Below, piece after piece: positions 31,989-42,147 of a stretch of 64,000 nucleotides of DNA (the first letter of the stretch is position 1; each line of letters begins with the position of its first letter). The DNA is from an uncultured Verrucomicrobiae bacterium (GTDB lineage: Bacteria > Verrucomicrobiota > Verrucomicrobiia > Chthoniobacterales > JAFAMB01). The DNA lies in contig CAWAIK010000003.1 in the NCBI GenBank assembly GCA_963782115.1, forward strand, positions 256,001 through 320,000, in the 5' to 3' direction. The translations under genes were made by a program, and so were the position numbers. A model generated the notes under the pieces. It searched no databases and had not been told where the DNA came from. It saw only the letters and a program-made list of their open reading frames with translations.

Positions 31989-32518
31989 AGGAAAATCTCT
32001 ACGGTCTGATGGCGGAATTCGCGAAACCCGAAGAGTTGCTGCGTGCTGCGCAGGGAGCTTACAAGGCCGGATACCGGAAAATGGACGCCTACAGTCCTTC
32101 GCAGATCGACGGCGTGGCAGAAGCGATCGGTTTCACAAAGACGCGCGTACCACTTGTGGTTCTCGTTGCCGGCATCTTGGGCGCCGTCACCGCGTACGGC
32201 ATGCAGTATTACTCCGCGGTTCATGATTATCCGCTGAACGTCGGGGGCCGACCCCTTCACAGTTGGCCGGCGTTCATTCCCATTACCTTCGAATTAACAG
32301 TGCTCTTTGCCGCCTTCGCCGCTGTGATCGGAATGCTTGCTATGAACCGGCTACCAAAGCCCTACCACCCGGTTTTCAATACTCCGGAGTTCAAGCTGGC
32401 GAGCCAGACGCGCTTCTTCCTCTGTCTAGAAGCATCTGATATTCAATTCGACCGGCACAGCGCACGGCATTTTCTCGAATCGTTAGGTCCGATAGCAATT
32501 CACGAGGTAGAACTATGA
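31985..32518 (+). CDS. actD: Alternative complex III subunit D (DUF3341)
   Basis: DAYSP, YPLNVGGRP, FIPITFELTVL; AGGAG upstream of ATG 31985. Confidence 0.92.
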   Translation: MKENLYGLMAEFAKPEELLRAAQGAYKAGYRKMDAYSPSQIDGVAEAIGFTKTRVPLVVLVAGILGAVTAYGMQYYSAVHDYPLNVGGRPLHSWPAFIPITFELTVLFAAFAAVIGMLAMNRLPKPYHPVFNTPEFKLASQTRFFLCLEASDIQFDRHSARHFLESLGPIAIHEVEL

Positions 32519-33084
32519 AACTCCTGGTCACTGCTCTCGTGCTCTCGGTCATCAGCACTGGCTGTCGCAAGGGAATGGTGAACCAGCAATATCTTAAACC
32601 ATTGGCTGAAGAAGAGTTTTTCAAAGACGGAAGTGCTTCGCGCCCGATTCCGCCGCACACCGTTGCTCGAGGTCATCTGGATGAGGACGCGCATTTCTTC
32701 GAAGGGAAGGTTGATGGGCGACTAGTCACCACTTTTCCGGCCCCAGTCACGCGTGAGATGATTGCGCACGGGCGTGAGGGCTTTGATATCTACTGCGCCG
32801 TTTGTCACGGCAGGACCGGGGCTGGCGATGGAATGATCGTTCAGCGAGGTTTTCCGCCGCCGCCTTCGTTGCACGAGGAACGCCTGCGCCAAGCGCCGGT
32901 GGGACATTTCTTTGATGTGATCACAAACGGCTATGGAATAATGTATCCCTATGCGTCCCGTGTGACGACTGCCGATCGATGGGCGATCATCGCTTACATT
33001 CGCGCGCTGCAACTGAGCCAGCACTCGACGCTTGATGATGTTGAGCCGGCAGAGCGCGAGCAACTCCAAACCGCCGAGAAATGA
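32515..33084 (+). CDS. actE: Alternative complex III monoheme cytochrome c lipoprotein
   Basis: Lipobox-like STGC, CAVCH, distal Met in GIMYPY. Confidence 0.92.
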   Translation: MKLLVTALVLSVISTGCRKGMVNQQYLKPLAEEEFFKDGSASRPIPPHTVARGHLDEDAHFFEGKVDGRLVTTFPAPVTREMIAHGREGFDIYCAVCHGRTGAGDGMIVQRGFPPPPSLHEERLRQAPVGHFFDVITNGYGIMYPYASRVTTADRWAIIAYIRALQLSQHSTLDDVEPAEREQLQTAEK

Positions 33085-34235
33085 TGGACTCCGCACTGTC
33101 CTCACGCTTGAACCGGTTCCAGCGATACGTGCTGTTCGTCGGTATCGCGGCGGCAGCGCTTTCGTTACTGGGCGGGATTTTCAATCACGCGCAATTCTTC
33201 GAATCGTACCTGTTCGCCTGGCTCTTCTGGAGCGGATTATCGATGGGCGCACTCGTCATTGTGATGATGCAATTTCTGACCGGCGGCATGTGGGGCCTGG
33301 CGATTCGTCGATTTTCCGAAGCCGCTTTTATGGCTCTTCCGGTAATCGCGCTGCTTTTTGTACCGGTGCTCTTTGGGATGCAGGATTTGTTTCCGTGGTC
33401 GCGAGCAGATGCGGTTCATACGCATGCCTGGGTACACAAGCACGCCTATCTCAACACCCCATTCTTCGTTGCGAGAACGATATTCTATTTTGCCGTAGTC
33501 ATCACGATGGCGGTATTGCTTCGCCGTTGGTCCCGTCAGCAAGAGGATGGTGATGCTCTTGCTCCGCGACGCCTGCGCATTTTGAGTGGCGGCGGTCTAG
33601 TCCTCTATGTGCTCTGTATGAATTTTGCATCTACCGACTGGGTGATGTCACTCGAGCCGGAGTGGTATTCCACCATCTTCGTCACCGTCTTCATGGCTGG
33701 ACAGTTCCTCGCGGCGCTCGCTCTCATGACTGCACTGCTCGCCGCGTTTTCTGAGCACGCATCCCTTTCTTGGAGCATACCAACCAAAGTCTTTCACGAC
33801 CTCGGCAACATGCTTCTCGCGTTCGTGATTTTCTGGATCTACGTCTCGTTTTCGCAATTTCTGGTGATTTGGTCCGGCAATTTACCGAAGGAAATTTCAT
33901 GGTACTTGCACCGCAGCACCGGTGGCTGGCAATGGGTCGCCCTGGTGCTGATGCTTTGTCAGTTCTTCATTCCTCTTGCGCTCCTGCTCTCGCGTGACGC
34001 AAAGCGCCACAAATCGCGGCTGGCCGCAATCTCCGCGCTTGTCGTCCTGGCCAACATCGTAAATAATTTCTGGCTCGTCGCGCCGGCATTTCATCCGAAG
34101 CGGTTCTCTGTCCACTGGATGGACTTAGCTGAGCTTCTTGCTCTGGGCGGAATTTGGAGCGGCACGTTCATTTTCTTCCTGAAACGCCGGCCTTTATTGC
34201 CACTTTCTCCAACGGAGGGCGTTCGCGATGGATGA
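33081..34235 (+). CDS. actF: Alternative complex III subunit F
   Basis: DWVMSLEPEWYST, HDLGNMLLAF, FSQFLVIWSGNLP. Confidence 0.9.
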   Translation: MMDSALSSRLNRFQRYVLFVGIAAAALSLLGGIFNHAQFFESYLFAWLFWSGLSMGALVIVMMQFLTGGMWGLAIRRFSEAAFMALPVIALLFVPVLFGMQDLFPWSRADAVHTHAWVHKHAYLNTPFFVARTIFYFAVVITMAVLLRRWSRQQEDGDALAPRRLRILSGGGLVLYVLCMNFASTDWVMSLEPEWYSTIFVTVFMAGQFLAALALMTALLAAFSEHASLSWSIPTKVFHDLGNMLLAFVIFWIYVSFSQFLVIWSGNLPKEISWYLHRSTGGWQWVALVLMLCQFFIPLALLLSRDAKRHKSRLAAISALVVLANIVNNFWLVAPAFHPKRFSVHWMDLAELLALGGIWSGTFIFFLKRRPLLPLSPTEGVRDG

Positions 34236-34788
34236 GCAAACTCAGCAGCGGATTGGATGCGAAACGCGTGGGATCAATCTCCGGGTGGTGAGTTGCGCCG
34301 CGATCGGTCTCGTCGTTTCAGCCATTGCGATTTACGTGACGGTTGGAATCTTGTTCTTCAAGCGCCCGCACCCATCCGCCGGCGAACCATCCAGGACTAC
34401 AAGGAGAGCGCGGGCCGTGGATGAGCAAAACCAGACGCGGATTGGCCGCGAAAGCCGGGAAATCAACCTTCGCGCGGTGACTGGCGCCGTGATTGATTTC
34501 GTCGTTTTAACAATTGCAATTTACCCGACGGTGAGCGCCTTATTCAATTCTTTGAAGCGTCAATATCCATCCGCCAGCGCGCCGTCGCGGATTATAAAGA
34601 GAGAGACTGCAATGGATGAGCCAAGCCAGCAGCAGAAGGGACATGAAACCCGTGACCTCAACCTCGGCGCGGTGACTTGGACCGCGGTCGGCCTCGTCGT
34701 TTCAGCCGTTGCGATTTATGTGACGATGGGCGGCTTGTTCAACTTTTTCAAGAGTCAACATCCGTCCGCCAGCGCCCCATCGCGGATC
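34228..34788 (+). repeat. Three diverged tandem repeats (periods 189 and 195 bp)
   Basis: Units start at 34228 (atggatgag), 34417 (gtggatgag) and 34612 (atggatgag); each ends ...PSA..PSR. Confidence 0.9.
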
Positions 34789-35052
34789 ACCGCGCCGGCT
34801 AAGTTACCCTCGCAGCCGCGGCTCCAAGCCAATCCAGCGTACGATTTGCAACAGCTTCGGGAGGTGGAAAATGCGAAGCTGAGCAGCTATGGCTGGATCG
34901 ATAAAAACGCGGGCATCGTGCGGATTCCAATCGATCACGCGATTGATTTGCTGGCCGAACGTGGGTTGCCAGCGCGCGGCAATAGCAACGACATCGGAAA
35001 CAAAACACCGCTCCAGATGCGGCAAGAAAAGGCGAAGGTCTCGCATCCATGA
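34228..35052 (+). CDS. ActG-like membrane protein with a triplicated N-terminal module
   Basis: Lies between actF and SCO; C-terminus PRLQ...YGWIDKNAGIVRIPIDHAI; three repeats of about 64 aa. Confidence 0.8.
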   Translation: MDEQTQQRIGCETRGINLRVVSCAAIGLVVSAIAIYVTVGILFFKRPHPSAGEPSRTTRRARAVDEQNQTRIGRESREINLRAVTGAVIDFVVLTIAIYPTVSALFNSLKRQYPSASAPSRIIKRETAMDEPSQQQKGHETRDLNLGAVTWTAVGLVVSAVAIYVTMGGLFNFFKSQHPSASAPSRITAPAKLPSQPRLQANPAYDLQQLREVENAKLSSYGWIDKNAGIVRIPIDHAIDLLAERGLPARGNSNDIGNKTPLQMRQEKAKVSHP

Positions 35053-35840
35053 AAGCATTTCTGGTCGCGTTCTGTTTTCTGGCAATGTTGTCTGGCGCGG
35101 TCGCCCAAAATCCGCAGACTGAGCTCACGGCCAAGGCAGGCCTCGACCAAAAATTGGATGCGCAGGTGCCGCTCAATCTCACCTTCCGCGACGAGCATGG
35201 GACAGCCGTTCAACTGGGAAAATTTTTTGGGGTGAAGCCTTTGGTTCTGGTTCTCGCTTACTATGAATGCCCAAGCTTGTGCACTCTGGTCCTGAACGCG
35301 CTTCTGCAGAGTGCACAGGATTTGAAATTCGACGCCGGGAGGGAATACCAAATCTTGGTCGTCAGCATCAATCCACGGGAAAGCCCGGCGCTCGCGGCCG
35401 CCAAGAAACAGCTTTACATCCAACGTTATGGCCGGCCGGGAAGCGAAGACGGCTGGCATTTTCTGACTGGAGATGAAGCCGCGATCCAGCAACTTGCGCA
35501 AAGCATCGGATATCGATTCGTTTACGATCCGCAAACAAGGCAATTCGCGCATCCAAGTGTTATTACGGTGCTTACGCCTGGCGGTAAGGTTTCTCGTTAT
35601 TTTGCCGGAATTGAGTACCGGCCAAAAGAAGTGCGCTTAGCACTCATCGAAGCTTCCAATAGCCGTATAGGCTCCCTTACGGATCAGCTATTTTTGCTTT
35701 GCTTCCATTACAATCCCGCGACCGGGAAGTACGGACTAGTCGTCACGCGCGTCATTCAGTTCGCCGGCATCAGTACGGTAATAGTGCTGGGCAGTTTGAT
35801 AACCTTGATGGTCCGACGCGAGCACTCCGCGGCGAGTTAA
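35049..35840 (+). CDS. SCO-family copper chaperone
   Basis: YYECPSLC (CxxxC), WHFLTG, FAHP. Confidence 0.92.
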   Translation: MKAFLVAFCFLAMLSGAVAQNPQTELTAKAGLDQKLDAQVPLNLTFRDEHGTAVQLGKFFGVKPLVLVLAYYECPSLCTLVLNALLQSAQDLKFDAGREYQILVVSINPRESPALAAAKKQLYIQRYGRPGSEDGWHFLTGDEAAIQQLAQSIGYRFVYDPQTRQFAHPSVITVLTPGGKVSRYFAGIEYRPKEVRLALIEASNSRIGSLTDQLFLLCFHYNPATGKYGLVVTRVIQFAGISTVIVLGSLITLMVRREHSAAS

Positions 35841-35851
35841 CAGGCAGTCCT

Positions 35852-36802
35852 ATGCGCCGGCTTTTCTCCTTCATCTTCCCAGATCAGGCCTCCAACCTAG
35901 CGCCTTCAGTTGATGCAATTTTTTTCTTACTTGTTGTGCTTTGCGGTTTCATCACACTGCTGGTCTTCGCGGTCGCGCTGTTCTTTTGTGTCAGGTTCCG
36001 ACGTGGTTCTAAAGTGGATCGAACTCCTCCAAAAGGCGGGACGCTTCGATTTGAGATCTCATGGACGCTTATCCCATTCCTCGTTTTTTGCGGACTGTTC
36101 TTTTGGGCGGCGGACGTTTACTTCGCGATGTCCAGGCCGCCGGCGGATGCAACTGAGATCCACGTCGTAGGGAAACAATGGATGTGGAAAATACAACACC
36201 CGGATGGTCGGCGTGAAATCAATGAGTTGCACGTTCCGGTCGGTCGTCCGGTGAAATTGATCATGACCTCCGAAGACGTGATTCACGATTTTTTCGTTCC
36301 GGCATTTCGTGCCAAACAGGATGTCGTTCCCGGCCGCTATACGACCGAATGGTTCACGCCAACTAAGCCTGGCAGATATCATCTGTTTTGTTCGCAATAC
36401 TGCGGGACCAATCATTCGACCATGGTCGGATGGGTCTACGTGATGGAGTCTGCGGAGCACGCGAAGTGGTTGAACCAAGTTGCTGCCTCAGAATCGCTCG
36501 TCGCTGAGGGCGAGCGCGACTTTCACACTCGTGGCTGTAGCGGTTGTCACGCGCCAAATTCACAGATTCGCGCCCCGCTTCTTGAGGGTATCTATGGCAA
36601 ACCCGTGCCTCTTTCTGACGGCACAATGGTCATCGCTGACGAACAATATCTGCGCGATTCAATTTTACTGCCTAACAAACAGATTGCCGCCGGCTATCAG
36701 CCGGTTATGCCCACGTTCCAAGGTCAAATCAGCGAAGAAGAAGTCAACGCCATCGTCGCGTACTTGAAATCCCTCACGGATTCCGAAAGGAGCCAACAAT
36801 GA
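35852..36802 (+). CDS. ctaC: Cytochrome c oxidase subunit II with fused cytochrome c (caa3-type)
   Basis: GKQWMW, DVIHDF, CuA motif [13 protein letters not shown]-terminal CSGCH. Confidence 0.95.
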   Translation: MRRLFSFIFPDQASNLAPSVDAIFFLLVVLCGFITLLVFAVALFFCVRFRRGSKVDRTPPKGGTLRFEISWTLIPFLVFCGLFFWAADVYFAMSRPPADATEIHVVGKQWMWKIQHPDGRREINELHVPVGRPVKLIMTSEDVIHDFFVPAFRAKQDVVPGRYTTEWFTPTKPGRYHLFCSQYCGTNHSTMVGWVYVMESAEHAKWLNQVAASESLVAEGERDFHTRGCSGCHAPNSQIRAPLLEGIYGKPVPLSDGTMVIADEQYLRDSILLPNKQIAAGYQPVMPTFQGQISEEEVNAIVAYLKSLTDSERSQQ

Positions 36803-38457
36803 GTGCTGTTCCCGTGCAAGCGGCGCCTCAATATGCGCCTGCCCAACAACCGACTTATCTCAATGCGCAACGGACAATTCGTTCCTGGCTCTTAACAACC
36901 GACCATAAGCGAATTGCCCTGCTTTACATGGTGTCGATCACATTCTTCTTTTTCGTCGGTGGCGTAGCGGCAACTTTAATGCGGCTCGAGCTTCTCACTC
37001 CGCGAGGCGATCTCGTCACCTCGGAGACTTACAACAAGCTTTTCACGATTCACGGCGTCGTGATGCTGTGGTTTTTTCTGATTCCGTCCATTCCAACCGT
37101 TCTGGGGAATTTTCTTGTGCCGCTGATGATCGGCGCGCGCGATGTTGCCTTCCCGCGATTAAATCTCGCAAGCTGGTATCTGTTCATGGTGGGCGGCGCA
37201 TTTACCTTGTTTTCGATTATTACTGGCGGCGTTGACACCGGCTGGACCTTCTACACGCCCTACAGCAGCACGTACTCGAACGGACACGTTGTCGCCATGG
37301 CCACCGGAATTTTCATCGCCGGGTTTGGATCCATCGCCACGGGCTTAAACTTCATCGTCACCGTACACACCATGCGCGCACCTGGCTTAACTTGGTGGCG
37401 GCTACCGATCTTCATCTGGTCGCTTTACACGACGAGCATCATTCTCGTCCTGGCCACCCCCGTGCTCGCGATCACGCTTGCGCTGGTGGCTCTTGAGCGG
37501 GTGTTCGGAGTTGGTTTTTTTAATCCGGCGATCGGCGGCGATCCGCTGCTGTTTCAGCATCTGTTCTGGTTCTACTCCCACCCCGCGGTTTACATTATGA
37601 TCTTACCGGGAATGGGCGTCGTCAGTGAGTTGATACCTTGTTTTTCCCGCAAACCACTTTTCGGCTACAAGTTTGTTGCGGTCGCCAGCGTCGCAATTGG
37701 CGTGCTCGGATTTCTCGTCTGGGGCCACCACATGTTCGTTAGCAGCCAGTCCATCTATGCGGGGATGATCTTTTCCATCTTGAGCTTCATGGTTTCGATC
37801 CCCTCCGCGATTAAGGTCTTCAACTGGACGGCCACACTCTATAAAGGCTCAATCTGGTTTCAGACGCCGATGCTGTATGCGCTGTTCTTTATCGGACTCT
37901 TTACAATCGGTGGTCTGACCGGCCTGTTTCTCGCATGTCTCGCAATCGACGTGCACGTACACGACACCTACTTCGTGATCGCTCATTTCCACTACATCAT
38001 GGTCGGCGGCATGGTGATGGCATACCTCGGCGGCATCCATTTTTGGTGGCCGAAAATCTCTGGCCGGATATATCCCGAGTTGCCTGCAAAGCTCGCAGCG
38101 TTAACCGTTTTTCTCGGATTTAATCTGACTTTCTTTCCGCAGTTTATCCTCGGATATCTTGGAATGCCCCGGCGGTATCCCGTTTACGCACCCGAGTTCC
38201 AAGTGCTCAATGTTCTATCCAGTGCCGGCGCGTCGATTCTGGCTGTTGGTTATCTTTTGCCACTAACCTACCTGCTTTGGTCGCTGCGCTACGGCAGAAT
38301 GGCGAGTTCTAATCCCTGGGGGGCGACGGGTCTGGAATGGACAACACATTCACCGCCGCCCAAAGACAATTTCGAAACGACTCCGCTCGTCACGGCGGGA
38401 CCTTATAAATACGATCCGCAAGCTGCGGAAGCGCAGCTGGAGGTAATGCGTGTCTAG
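36799..38457 (+). CDS. ctaD: Cytochrome c oxidase subunit I, A2-type
   Basis: [15 protein letters not shown] (A2 YS motif), WGHHM, AHFHY, GMPRRY. Confidence 0.97.
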   Translation: MSAVPVQAAPQYAPAQQPTYLNAQRTIRSWLLTTDHKRIALLYMVSITFFFFVGGVAATLMRLELLTPRGDLVTSETYNKLFTIHGVVMLWFFLIPSIPTVLGNFLVPLMIGARDVAFPRLNLASWYLFMVGGAFTLFSIITGGVDTGWTFYTPYSSTYSNGHVVAMATGIFIAGFGSIATGLNFIVTVHTMRAPGLTWWRLPIFIWSLYTTSIILVLATPVLAITLALVALERVFGVGFFNPAIGGDPLLFQHLFWFYSHPAVYIMILPGMGVVSELIPCFSRKPLFGYKFVAVASVAIGVLGFLVWGHHMFVSSQSIYAGMIFSILSFMVSIPSAIKVFNWTATLYKGSIWFQTPMLYALFFIGLFTIGGLTGLFLACLAIDVHVHDTYFVIAHFHYIMVGGMVMAYLGGIHFWWPKISGRIYPELPAKLAALTVFLGFNLTFFPQFILGYLGMPRRYPVYAPEFQVLNVLSSAGASILAVGYLLPLTYLLWSLRYGRMASSNPWGATGLEWTTHSPPPKDNFETTPLVTAGPYKYDPQAAEAQLEVMRV

Positions 38458-39103
38458 CTCCAAAACAGCACCAATTGTTGCGCATCAATTCCAGGACGCC
38501 GCGCAACAGCGAGAAGCTGCGACGATCGGCATGTGGATATTGATCGCGACGGAAATCCTGTTCTTCGGCGCAATGTTTTTAGGTTACACAGCCTACCGCT
38601 ACGCTTATCCGCAGGCGTTTGCGCAGGCGAGCCGGCACACCTTGATCACCTTCGGTGGCACGAATGCCGCCGTGCTTTTGATCAGCAGCACGACCATGGC
38701 ACTCGCAGTGCACTCCGCGAGTCAAAATCGGCGAGGACGACTCGTTTCGCTGCTACTCGTGACCGCATCCTTGGGTGCACTGTTTCTCATTATTAAAGGG
38801 TTCGAATATGCACACGAAATAAAGGAGAACTTGTTACCGGGTTCCTCTTTCCATATTGTAGCCGCGGAGCCTCTGAAGGCAGAAATGTTTTTCTACATTT
38901 ACTGGTTAATGACGGGCTTCCATGCGCTCCACGTCACTATCGGCGTGGTCTTGATATTGATCTTCGCGGCACGCGCCTGCTTTACTAATGCCTTTGTTAA
39001 TCACGAAACGCCTGTCGACTTGCTCGGCCTCTACTGGCATTTCGTGGATATCGTTTGGGTATTCCTATTTCCGCTCCTTTACCTCGTCGATCGACATTCA
39101 TGA
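38450..39103 (+). CDS. ctaE: Cytochrome c oxidase subunit III
   Basis: [29 protein letters not shown]. Confidence 0.95.
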   Translation: MSSSKTAPIVAHQFQDAAQQREAATIGMWILIATEILFFGAMFLGYTAYRYAYPQAFAQASRHTLITFGGTNAAVLLISSTTMALAVHSASQNRRGRLVSLLLVTASLGALFLIIKGFEYAHEIKENLLPGSSFHIVAAEPLKAEMFFYIYWLMTGFHALHVTIGVVLILIFAARACFTNAFVNHETPVDLLGLYWHFVDIVWVFLFPLLYLVDRHS

Positions 39104-39384
39104 ATGCAAACGCTTCCGCCGCACGAACCTACATTTTAACTGAAATCGCGCTTCTTGGCTTGCTCGCACTGACCATTGCTGTCGCTTTTCTGAATCTTGG
39201 GCCACTCAACGCAATAATAGCGGCGGCCATCTCAGTTGCCAGCGCTACCCTGATAATTCTTAATTTCATGCATATCCGCCACAGCAAGCCGCTGCTGTGG
39301 ATCTTCGTAGGCGCAGGCTTTTTTTGGCTTGGTATCATGTTCGCCCTCGCGCTTAGTGATTTCATGACTCGGGGGTGGAAGTAA
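39100..39384 (+). CDS. Cytochrome c oxidase subunit IV family protein
   Basis: Three TMs, NFMHIR, SDFMTR; overlaps the subunit III stop. Confidence 0.85.
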   Translation: MNANASAARTYILTEIALLGLLALTIAVAFLNLGPLNAIIAAAISVASATLIILNFMHIRHSKPLLWIFVGAGFFWLGIMFALALSDFMTRGWK

Positions 39385-39424
39385 TAGCGTTTCCACCTTG
39401 TCGGGCGTTCGGAAATACAAATAG

Positions 39425-39640
39425 CCCGGAGTATCAAGCAGGCTGTAGGCTTGAACCGATAGCGGCGTTCTTTGACCTCCCAAGGTTCCGGTTCACCATG
39501 TTCCAGTCGCATATAGGCCCGCGGATAAGCCGGACCGCCAAAGCCGATCTCATCCCATGCCCAAGGGTGGGCATAGTAGGCTTCAACGCAATCCTGAACC
39601 AGAAGCGCCCAGTACCGGTGACGCCAGTGTGCCATCGGAC
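39425..39640 (-). pseudogene. C-terminal fragment of a gluconate 2-dehydrogenase subunit 3-family protein
   Basis: YYAHPWAWDEIGFGGPAYPRAY...EPWE. Confidence 0.75.
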
Positions 39641-39744
39641 TCGGGCGTCTCCGTCGGAACCAAATAGCAAGAGACGACGATCTTCCCAATCGACGGCCCG
39701 GCTTGGACTGGAGGGTTCATGGTGGGAGAAATCGAGTACTAGCT

Positions 39745-40310
39745 TTTGTGCGGGATAAACGGCAACGGATCGTTGCCGGCAGCAAGCTCGTAGTGACCTC
39801 GTTCGCCCGTGAGCAACGGCCACGCACCTCCCGTGCCAGTGCCGTCGAAAGCTCTGCCGTCCGCCTTCTGACCGTACCCATCGTGATTGTAGCGTAGCCA
39901 CGACGGACCTCCAGGAAGATCGCGCTTCAGGACCTGATCGACCACTGCAATCGAATCGCGCATCAGCGCACTCTGCGCTTCGCGTGGCTGACGAAGATTT
40001 TCCTTTGCTGCTCGAAGGGGATGGCAAGAGCTTGAGAGAGTTTCACTGCGGCACGGAACCAAAACTAAGTCCCAACGTAAACTCGTTTCCTTGACTAAGA
40101 TCGATCTCGTCGGTAAGTGCGATATTACCGTTTTCGGCGCGATCGAACTCGTAATCCATTCGGTAGTTAGGTCCTGCCATCCGTCGCTTTGCCCGACATA
40201 TCCGACTCGCTAGACGATATGTTGTGCCCAGGAAAAAGCAAGCGTTTGTTTCGCTGATATTTGTAGAGGATCCGGTTGCCGTTGGTTTAAATCAGCGCGA
40301 GGGCGCGCGG
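39745..40310 (-). pseudogene. Collapsed remnant of a GH15 glucoamylase-like gene
   Basis: VGYVGQSDGWQDL...YEFDRAENGNIALT followed closely by WLRYNHDGYG...WPLLTGERGHYELAAG. Confidence 0.8.
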
Positions 40311-40339
40311 AATAAACTAAGAGTTCCGGACATATCGGA

Positions 40340-40557
40340 CTGGAATGCCGATGGGATTACCGGCAATTCGGACCTCTCCGAAATCCGCGTAGAAAACGCC
40401 CGAGAGGATGTTCAAGAGAGTGCTTTTGCCCGCGCCGTTTTCGCCCAGCAAGGTATGAACTTCGCCGGGTTTCACCCGAAGGGAAGCGCCGTCCAGGGCC
40501 CGAACCCCGGGAAAAGACTTAGTGATGTTTTCTAAGCTCGAGGAGGTACTCGCCCAT
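40340..40557 (-). pseudogene. N-terminal stub of a sugar ABC transporter ATPase (RbsA/XylG-like)
   Basis: [21 protein letters not shown]...[12 protein letters not shown]. Confidence 0.85.
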
Positions 40558-41130
40558 AAAAACCGCTTTGTAGAAGCCAAGTCCGAATGACCACTTCCCA
40601 AGAAGCTCGCTACGACGTTGAACGCCTTGCCTGCAGCGCTGATGGTTGCAAAATCCTATTATTGGAGGGGGCGATTATCTTCCGTTGGAACCAGAGAACC
40701 GGAATCCGGAAGCAGTCTTCAACCAAAAGAGGTATAAACCCAAGAGCAATAGTACGACTGGTCTGTTTATTTACAAAATCGCAAGCGCGCCCGGTAGGGC
40801 TCGACCCGAAGGCAACCGATTTGCTTCACCTCGCTATCCATTATCCCTTGAGAAAAAATTTCCCGTCCTCACCCTGCTTTCGCTAGCGAGTTCTTCAAAT
40901 TGCAAGCGGTCGAGAACGGCCTGAAAAGCGAGCACCCTGCTGGAAGAGGACAGCATGGAATGGCGCGAAGATAAGAAGGGTTTGGGCGATTTATTGCCCC
41001 GGAGGGGCTGCAGGATTCAGCCCAGGGTTTCAACCAACTGATCATTATACACAATTTTTCGGCGGGAAGCGGCCAGAAGCCCAGCGCCACTATCGATTGT
41101 CTGGAAAGCATCGCTCGGTGGTGCCAACAA

Positions 41131-41164
41131 ATACAGGCTGGAAGCATATGCTTCCAGCCTGTAT
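41131..41164. repeat. Perfect 34-bp palindrome made of two fused REP bodies
   Basis: atacaggctggaagcatatgcttccagcctgtat equals its own reverse complement. Confidence 0.95.
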
Positions 41165-41174
41165 CGAGCGTCGA

Positions 41175-41774
41175 CTACGGTTGGTTCGGGTTCTTATCCG
41201 GGGGCAACGATTTCGGATTGTCTCGAATGTATTGCTCGAAGCGTTCCAGTTGAGCGGCGCTTCTGACAATGTGATCAAAGGATTCCGGATGCCACACGCG
41301 ACCGCGCGAACCGGACATTTTGTTGATCTGGTTTGCCGAAAACGATTTCCACGAATGAAGGATGCCGTCGAGGCGGTGGTCATCGAGCGGTCGAACCAGT
41401 GCGTGAACGTGATTCGGCATTACGATATATTCGCCGAGCGCATACCGTTGCCCATGAAAGAAAATCAAAACGTTTTCGACTAGTCGATAGATCTTCGGGC
41501 GCGCTAAAACGCACCCACCATGGCCGCCATCAAGCCATTCATGAATACGCGTCGAGAAGTTGCGATGATACTCTTCGATTTGGCGTTCGTGGTGAGGAGG
41601 CGGATTGAAGCCGAGCCAAAGTTTTCGTTGTTCTTCTAAAGCTGCCAACTTTTGTGCGGGCAACGAATCGGCCAGGTGGAAAGTTACGAAATAGGTGACG
41701 CCTGCCTGTCTGCGATGGGGAAGGTTGCGACGATAAACCTGGAAATCGGCTTCGGGATCGAAGAAATTTTGCAT
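41175..41774 (-). CDS. REP-associated tyrosine transposase (RAYT, HUH/Y1)
   Basis: RNLPH, YFVTF, VMPNHVHAL (HUH), WKSFSA, WHPESFDHIVR, YIRDNP. Confidence 0.93.
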   Translation of the reverse strand: MQNFFDPEADFQVYRRNLPHRRQAGVTYFVTFHLADSLPAQKLAALEEQRKLWLGFNPPPHHERQIEEYHRNFSTRIHEWLDGGHGGCVLARPKIYRLVENVLIFFHGQRYALGEYIVMPNHVHALVRPLDDHRLDGILHSWKSFSANQINKMSGSRGRVWHPESFDHIVRSAAQLERFEQYIRDNPKSLPPDKNPNQP

Positions 41775-41898
41775 GAAGTAACACAATATACACATGTTGT
41801 GTACATATCCATTTTGAACATAAAGCCGGTCGGTGACTCATGTCGTGGCGGGTACGCGGAAGGATTTCCATACCTCGCGTGCCAGTCCGGAGAGCAAA

Positions 41899-42147
41899 GT
41901 AGCATAGGCTTCCAGCCTGTATCGAGCGTCGACTACGGTTGGCTGGCGTTCTTATCGGGGCCGACGATTTCGGATTGTCTGGAAAAATCGAAGTCGGTTG
42001 GTGGTTCGATACAGGCTGGAAGCATATGCTACTTTACGCCGTCGCGTCGTTGCTGCGGGTTCGCGGACAAAGCGTCAGGATGTCCTTGCGAGATCGCGCA
42101 GACAGTCGGGAGATCAATGTAGCATAGCATAGGCTTCCAGCCTGTAT
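41899..42147. repeat. Three GTAG-type REPs
   Basis: GTAGcataggcttccagcctgtat at 41899-41922, inverted at 42009-42032, and a variant at 42119-42147. Confidence 0.9.

Noticed and set aside
41131..42147. REP copies as a CRISPR array
   Set aside because: Alternating orientation, irregular spacing, GTAG feet, an adjacent RAYT and no cas genes.
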